A DNA stretch of 64,000 nucleotides from NCBI RefSeq assembly GCF_009914755.1, contig NC_060936.1; one strand, 5' to 3'. The notes below the pieces were generated by a model that saw only the letters and a list, made by a program, of their open reading frames with translations, was not told the origin of the DNA and searched no databases. The DNA is from the human T2T-CHM13v2.0 reference genome, Homo sapiens. The translations under genes and the position numbers were made by a program. Shown piece after piece: positions 54,395 to 64,000 of the stretch (position 1 is the stretch's first letter; each line of letters starts with the position of its first letter).

Positions 54395-54445
<51 letters not shown>
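54383..54445 (-). repeat. (TG)21-(TA)n-T13 tract at the ARPC3 exon 5 acceptor
   Basis: AC x21 at 54403-54444, A13 at 54383-54395 on the plus strand. Confidence 0.95.
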
Positions 54446-54448
<3 letters not shown>

Positions 54449-54774
54449 TTTACAGGGAAAAGAAGAATTCTATCCTTGGACCCCAGGTTAAGAACCCTTG
54501 AGTCAAGGGCTTAAAAGGAATTCCTCTGTCAAGATTTCTGTCTTGAGAAAATATATTCAAAGCCTTAAAACACCACTACTTTTATCTTTGTGTCAGTCAA
54601 TTATACTACAAGTTCAGGTAACTAAATTCAAATTTTTCTCTTAAGTCCATGCTGTAAGTCAGAGGAAATATTTTCTACTTGTCTTTAAAGTCTCAACAAA
54701 TCCCAGATGACTGGGAGGGTAAATGCCTCTCAGCAATTTGTTTTCCTGATATACAATCATCCAAGTTTAATTAC

Positions 54775-54843
54775 CTTTTGCAGTTTCTTCAGACATTCAG
54801 AAATGTAGAGAGTTATATATATCAAGGTCCTATCAGCTTCATT
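54775..54843 (-). CDS. ARPC3: ARPC3 exon 4
   Basis: NEADRTLIYITLYISECLKKLQK; CTGTAG / GTAATT; 69 nt. Confidence 0.96.
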
Positions 54844-54951
54844 CTACAGGGAGAAAAAGAAGACTTAAAAACAGTTATCAAAACATAACAATGATGTGCA
54901 ATGTATGCATTCCATCTTTGTCTTCTGATTATCTGCTGAATGCAGTGGTAG

Positions 54952-55449
<498 letters not shown>

Positions 55450-55694
55450 TAACAAAGCTGCCTGGAAAGCCTGAACTGCTCCATATGGTTGGCTAATTTT
55501 TAAAAACCCTTCCCTTCAGGGTCTCTGCCGAGAACAGAAATAGTCATTACTCTAAAGGAGGAAGCAACTATTTCACATTTGACTTGCTCCCAAAGAACTC
55601 CATAATCTCAATGTCTTGACCTAACCAAAAAGAAAATGTGGAGAAGACAAATGAATGTTGATCAAATGTGGTATGGACTTTGGGTCAAATTTTA

Positions 55695-56512
<818 letters not shown>

Positions 56513-56668
56513 TAGTAGAGACGGGGTTTCCCCATGTTGGTCAGGCTGGTCTCAAGCTCCCGACCTCAGGTGATCCGCCCGCCTTGGCCTCCCAAATTAC
56601 GGGCAGAGGCACTGCGCCCAGCCACATTTCCCTATTTTTAAGACAATATAGTATCTGGGAACAAATGA

Positions 56669-56956
<288 letters not shown>

Positions 56957-57337
56957 TGAGCCACCATGCACTAATTTTTCTATTTTTTGTAGAGACGGGG
57001 GTTCGCCATGTTGCCCAGGCTGGTCTCGAACTCCTGAACTCAAGCAATGTGCCCAGAGAATTGTAACATTTATAACTGTTACAAACTTAACCCACACATG
57101 AGATATAGAAAACATTCTATTACCATCACAGAATGTTTAGACTACAATTTGTACACCAAGAGTCTACAAATAAATAATTCACAACCTGTTTGATTCCAGA
57201 AGTTCAGAGTTTGGCAAGGAGGGGCTGAAATTCCATTTTAGGGCCGGGAGCGGTGGCTCACGCCTGTAATCCCAGCACACTGAGAGGCTGAGGTGAGCGG
57301 ATCATGAGGTCAGGAGATCGAGACACCATCCTGCCTA

Positions 57338-57816
<479 letters not shown>

Positions 57817-58002
57817 GTATAGAATTTGGAGGAAAAAAAAAGAAACTAATATTTATACAAAAGCTAACATTAAGCACTGCTCTCGAATTTAAAAATTACA
57901 TGCTGATTTCATTTTATTTTCTCCTCACAGCAATCTGGATAGCAAGGTTGGTATTATCCCTATGAGAAAACTAAGTTAAATATTAAAAGCTCCGTAATTT
58001 AC

Positions 58003-58079
58003 CTTAATTTCATAGTTTTTGAAGAAGACATTGGCCTTGAAGTAATAGATGGCTTCATCCACAATATCTGTATCTTTTG
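58003..58079 (-). CDS. ARPC3: ARPC3 exon 3
   Basis: (T)[25 protein letters not shown]; CTTAG / GTAAAT; 77 nt. Confidence 0.96.
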
Positions 58080-58231
58080 CTAAGCAGGACACAAGGGAAG
58101 GAGCACAGAGAACATTAGCCAAATACAAAACATAACAACTATCAAAGCCATAAAGGGAAAACACATACAACTGTCAACAGTTGTGGAGTTGAATAAAATA
58201 AAATGATCCTATTGAAATACAAAGTTTTTAG

Positions 58232-58417
<186 letters not shown>

Positions 58418-58468
58418 TAGTAGAGATGGGGTTTCACCATGTTAGCCAGGATGGTCTTGATCTCCTGA

Positions 58469-58770
<302 letters not shown>

Positions 58771-59420
58771 TGATCCGCCCATCTCGGCCTCCCAACGTGC
58801 TGGGATCACAGGCATAAGCCACCGTGCCCGGCCAAATTTTTTTTTTTTGAGACGGAGTCTTGCTCCGTCGCCCAGACTGGAGTGAAATGGCATGATCTCG
58901 GCTCACTCTGCCTCCCGGGTTCAAGCGATTCTCCTGCCTCAGCCTCCCAAGTAGCTGGGATTATACGCATGTACCACCAGGCCTGGCTAATTTTTGTATT
59001 TTTAGTAGAAATGGGGTTTCACCTTGTTGGTCAGGCTGGTCTCGAACTCCTGACCTCGTGATCTGCCTGCCTCAGCCTCCCAAAGTGCTGGGATTACAGG
59101 AGTGAGCCACCGCCCCCGGATTTTCAGAAAATATTTATAGAAAAGTAGTACATGGTTTATTTTTACAGCTTTATTGTTTTCGTAAAACTTATACATGCTC
59201 ATTAGAAAATGAAATTCAATCAAAACAGTTTTATTTTTTAGAGAGAGGTCTTGCTCTGTTACCCGGGCTGGAGTGCAGTGGTACAATTATAACTCACCAC
59301 AGACTTGAATTCCTGAGCGCAAGTGATCCTCCTGCTTCAGCTTCCCAGGTAGCCGGGACTACAGGCATGCACCATGAGGCCTGGCTAATTTTTTTCTTTA
59401 AAAATTAAATAAAATTTTTA

Positions 59421-59573
<153 letters not shown>

Positions 59574-59989
59574 TTAGCCAAGCATGGTGGCAGGCACCTG
59601 TAATCCCAGCTATTCGGGAGGCTAAGGCAGGAGAATCGCTTGAACTCGCGGGTGGAGGATGCAGTGAGCCAAGATTGCACCATTGCACTCCAGCCTGGGC
59701 AACGAGATCAAAACTCCGTCTCCAAAAAAAAAAAAAAAGTTTTTTTTAGAGATGCAGTCTCACTATGTTGCCTAGGCTGGTCTCAAACTCCTGGCCTCAA
59801 GTGATCCTCCTGCCTCCTGAGTAGCTAGGATTACAGGCATAAGCCACAGCACCAGGCAAAAAAAAAATTTTTAATTGTCACCTTAATTCCCATTTCCCCA
59901 AAAATAACTACCATTAGCATTTGGTGAACATTATTCAAGACGTCTCTCAATGCATTTATAAAAAAACACTGAGACATAGACTAACTTTA

Positions 59990-60265
<276 letters not shown>

Positions 60266-60792
60266 TCAAGCCTGGGTGACAGAGCGAGACTCCATCTCAA
60301 AAAAGTAATAATAAAAAATATATATAATTAAATAAAATAAAAAGTATTCAATATAATTTTATTTGAATTTACATATTATAGTTTCAGAAAAAAACTCAAT
60401 TATTTAGAACATGTTGAGGTTCAGATACACATCTTTCTTTTTATGAAAACTATGACTTAAAATATACTTGTACAAGCTGTTGTAGGTAGCTCTAGACGGA
60501 CAAAAGCCAGAAATACTGTCTTGACAAAGACAGATCTCATGACACAATTTGTTTGGCAATTTTTTGTTTTTCTTCTTCTTATTTTAAAAAGGTCAAAATC
60601 CCAGGGTCTTGATATCTGGCAGTTGGTTTCAGCAGTGCTGAGACAGTTACTTATACTTCTTGTCTATGACTGTTAACGTTCTCGCACAGCAGAAATGCAA
60701 AGTAATCTTGAAGCTTTCATACTCTGCAATTCAGTTGTCTTCATCCCAGCTCATTGCCCTGTGGAAGAATTTCAACAGAACTCTAACTCTAG

Positions 60793-61014
<222 letters not shown>

Positions 61015-61629
61015 TAGCCAGGATGGTCTCGATCTCCTGACCTCGTGATCCACCCGTCTTGGCCTCCCAAAGTGCTAAAGTACTGGGATTACAGGCGTGA
61101 GCCACCGCGCCACGCCCTATTTTTTATTTATTTATTTTTTCGAGATCAAGTCTCACTTTGTCGCCCAGGCTGGAGTGCCATGGCACAATCTAGGCCCAGT
61201 GCAACCTCCGCCTCCTGAGTTCAAGTGATTCTCCTGTCTCAGCCTCCCATGTAGCTGGGACTACAGGTGCCTGCCACCACAGCTAGCTAATTTTGGTATT
61301 TTTGGTAGAGACAGAGTTTCACCATGTTGGCCAGGCTGGTCTCAAACTCCTGACCTGAGGCAATCTGCCCGCCTCAGCCTCCCAAAGTGCTGGGATTACA
61401 GGCGTGAGCCACTATGCCTGGCTGCAATCTGTTTTCTTATCTGTGAAAGAAAACTGTCTTGGAGGACTCAATATTGTTTCCAAAAACCAGCTAGTTCTTC
61501 TAAATGCAATGACAGGAGGGGGCAAAGGCCAAAGGATTCTGAAATTAGAAGAATACTTGGCACATAAAAGGCATTCTACAGATATTTGTTGAATATAAAT
61601 GAATTAGTGTGATTAATGCTGTTATTTAG

Positions 61630-62213
<584 letters not shown>

Positions 62214-63143
62214 TGATCCACTTGCCTTGGCCTTCCAAAGTGCTGGGATTACAAGTGTGAGCCACCGCACCCAGCCTTGTGATTTTCTTTTATGTTATTT
62301 TTCTTCTTTCCCAGGCTGTCTTCTTCCTTGTTCCTTTTCCTCAGAATCAAGTAGAGACTGTGGTGACTCACCATATGCATTAAGTTTACTGAGCTTTCAA
62401 ATGGTGTTGAAAACAAAATTAAGTTTAAAAAAGGTCAAGTCAAACAGTCTGGCAGAGAAATGGGGACTGGATAAGTACCAAATTGGTAATTATAATAATG
62501 GTCTTGGAAACCATGAATGGAATTCAGTTCAGACCCTTGCAGGGTACAGGGAAACCATGTCTAACATAATACAAATTATACTGTTGGGAGAACATCTCAG
62601 AAAGCATCAGAAGAGTCTCAGACAGTGTCTGAAAAATATTGCGGCTTTCTGAAATAAAATTCAGAAAAGCGGGAATAGACGTAAGTAATGTTACATAGTA
62701 CACTTCAGATTTAAGATTGAGGTATTGCTAAAAATGAAGATCTTGAAGAATGAATAAAGGAAGTAGATTTAGACGAGGAAGAGGTTAAAATATTTGTTGT
62801 TGTTCTTTTCCAGGTTGATGACAGAAAGGATGGGCATGTGGCATTCTAGACGTAACAGCATTAGATTTGTTTGAAAGAACTGATAAACAGTGTCCAGAAT
62901 TAAGCACATTTCCTCCATTTTCTCAAAAGAGTTTCCTGGAGAAGTCAGAAGAAATAATACAATTTCCTATTAAATGCAACATATAACCACTATCTTGAAA
63001 GGTCTAGACCACAGTATCTACCAAGCAAAGTACAAGGGCAATTTGAGAGAGAAGACTGAGCTAAGAATTTTTCTGATTTGATCATTTCAGAAGATTGTTA
63101 GGCATTTCGTACCAAAATTTGAAAATAATGGGTTTAGACTTAC

Positions 63144-63243
63144 TCTCTCTGGGGGCAGGTCCTTTGAATTGACTTCTGATAGGCAACAGTGCCATGTTTC
63201 CGATGAGTTTGGTATCAGGATCCATGAGAGAAGAGTGGTAAGC
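63144..63243 (-). CDS. ARPC3: ARPC3 exon 2
   Basis: [33 protein letters not shown](T); TTACAG / GTAAGT; 100 nt; exon 1 (Met-Pro) is outside the window. Confidence 0.96.
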
Positions 63244-64000
63244 CTGTAATGGCAAGCCCAGGAAGAACACAGAAGCAGAAAAAGAGCAAATGTCACTGTG
63301 GCAAACAACCTTCCCTTAAAGGAAAAAAAGAGTAAACCACCCAAGATTAATTAGGGGAGGGAGAAGGGATAGCAGCATTGAGGTGCGAGGGCTGGTTCTT
63401 TCTGGCTCAAGAAAACCAATTGTTAAATTTTGAGGCATTTTTCAAGCTGGTTGTTAAACACAGCTCTTCTCAAAAATCAAATTATATAAACTTACAATTA
63501 AGTAAATGATGTTGGCTGGACGTGGTGGCTCATGCCTGTAATCCCAGCACTTTGGGAGGCTGAGGCAGGCAGATTGCCTGAGCTCAGGAGTTTGCAACCA
63601 GCCTGGGCAACACAGTGAAACCCCATCTCTACTAAAATATAAAAAATTAGCCAGGCGTGGCGGCGTGCGCCTGTAGTCCCAGACATGTGGGAGGCTAAGC
63701 TGGAGAATCACTTGAACCCAGGAGGCGAAGGCTGCAGTGAGCCGAGATCGTGCCACTGCACTCCAGCCTGGGCAACAGAGCAAGACTGTCTCAAAAAAAA
63801 AAAAAAAGTAAATAATGTTAAAAACAATGATGCTTAAGTATTCATCACTTCTTTTTTTTTTTTTGAGAAGGAGTCTCACCATGTTGCCTAAGATGATCTC
63901 AAACTCCTAAGCTCAAGTGTTCCTCCTGCCTCAGCCTCCCAAAGGGCTGGGACTACAGGTGTGAGCCACCACACCTGGCTACTTCCTAATTTTTTTTTTT

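Noticed and set aside
60650-60758. Possible cryptic exon in ARPC3 intron 2 (TTCTTCCACAG acceptor)
   Set aside because: Only weak donors follow (TAA|GTAACT, GAA|GTATAA); cannot be supported from sequence alone

Overview
Human (primate) genomic DNA, extremely Alu-dense, recognisable as the ANAPC7-ARPC3 interval (12q24.11 from recall). The minus strand carries ANAPC7 exons 1-7 (CpG-island promoter at ~21.4 kb; the gene continues beyond position 1) and ARPC3 exons 2-7 (exon 1 lies beyond 64000). All exon boundaries were checked by hand for GT-AG and reading phase. The ~31 kb intergenic interval contains: (i) a 6.1 kb HERV-H-type provirus inserted into an Alu, with a tRNA-Phe primer-binding site, an antisense solo LTR7 nested in gag, and a 3' LTR whose centre is replaced by LTR2 (HERV-E/Harlequin) sequence with both poly(A) signals degraded, 1.2 kb upstream of and co-oriented with ANAPC7; (ii) a MER34/MER39-type LTR, two divergent LTR15-like solo LTRs and an AluYa5; (iii) an Alu-Alu-generated tandem duplication; (iv) a full-length HMGA1a processed pseudogene whose ORF encodes a 92-aa acidic-tail-less HMGA1; (v) a near-perfect CTCF site and a palindromic TA/GATC array. 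A CFTR-like (TG)21-T13 acceptor precedes ARPC3 exon 5. Most ORFs in the supplied track are Alu artefacts. Repeat family names come from recall of consensus sequences, not from a search. No clearly new biological system is demonstrated; the strongest leads are regulatory or evolutionary hypotheses.
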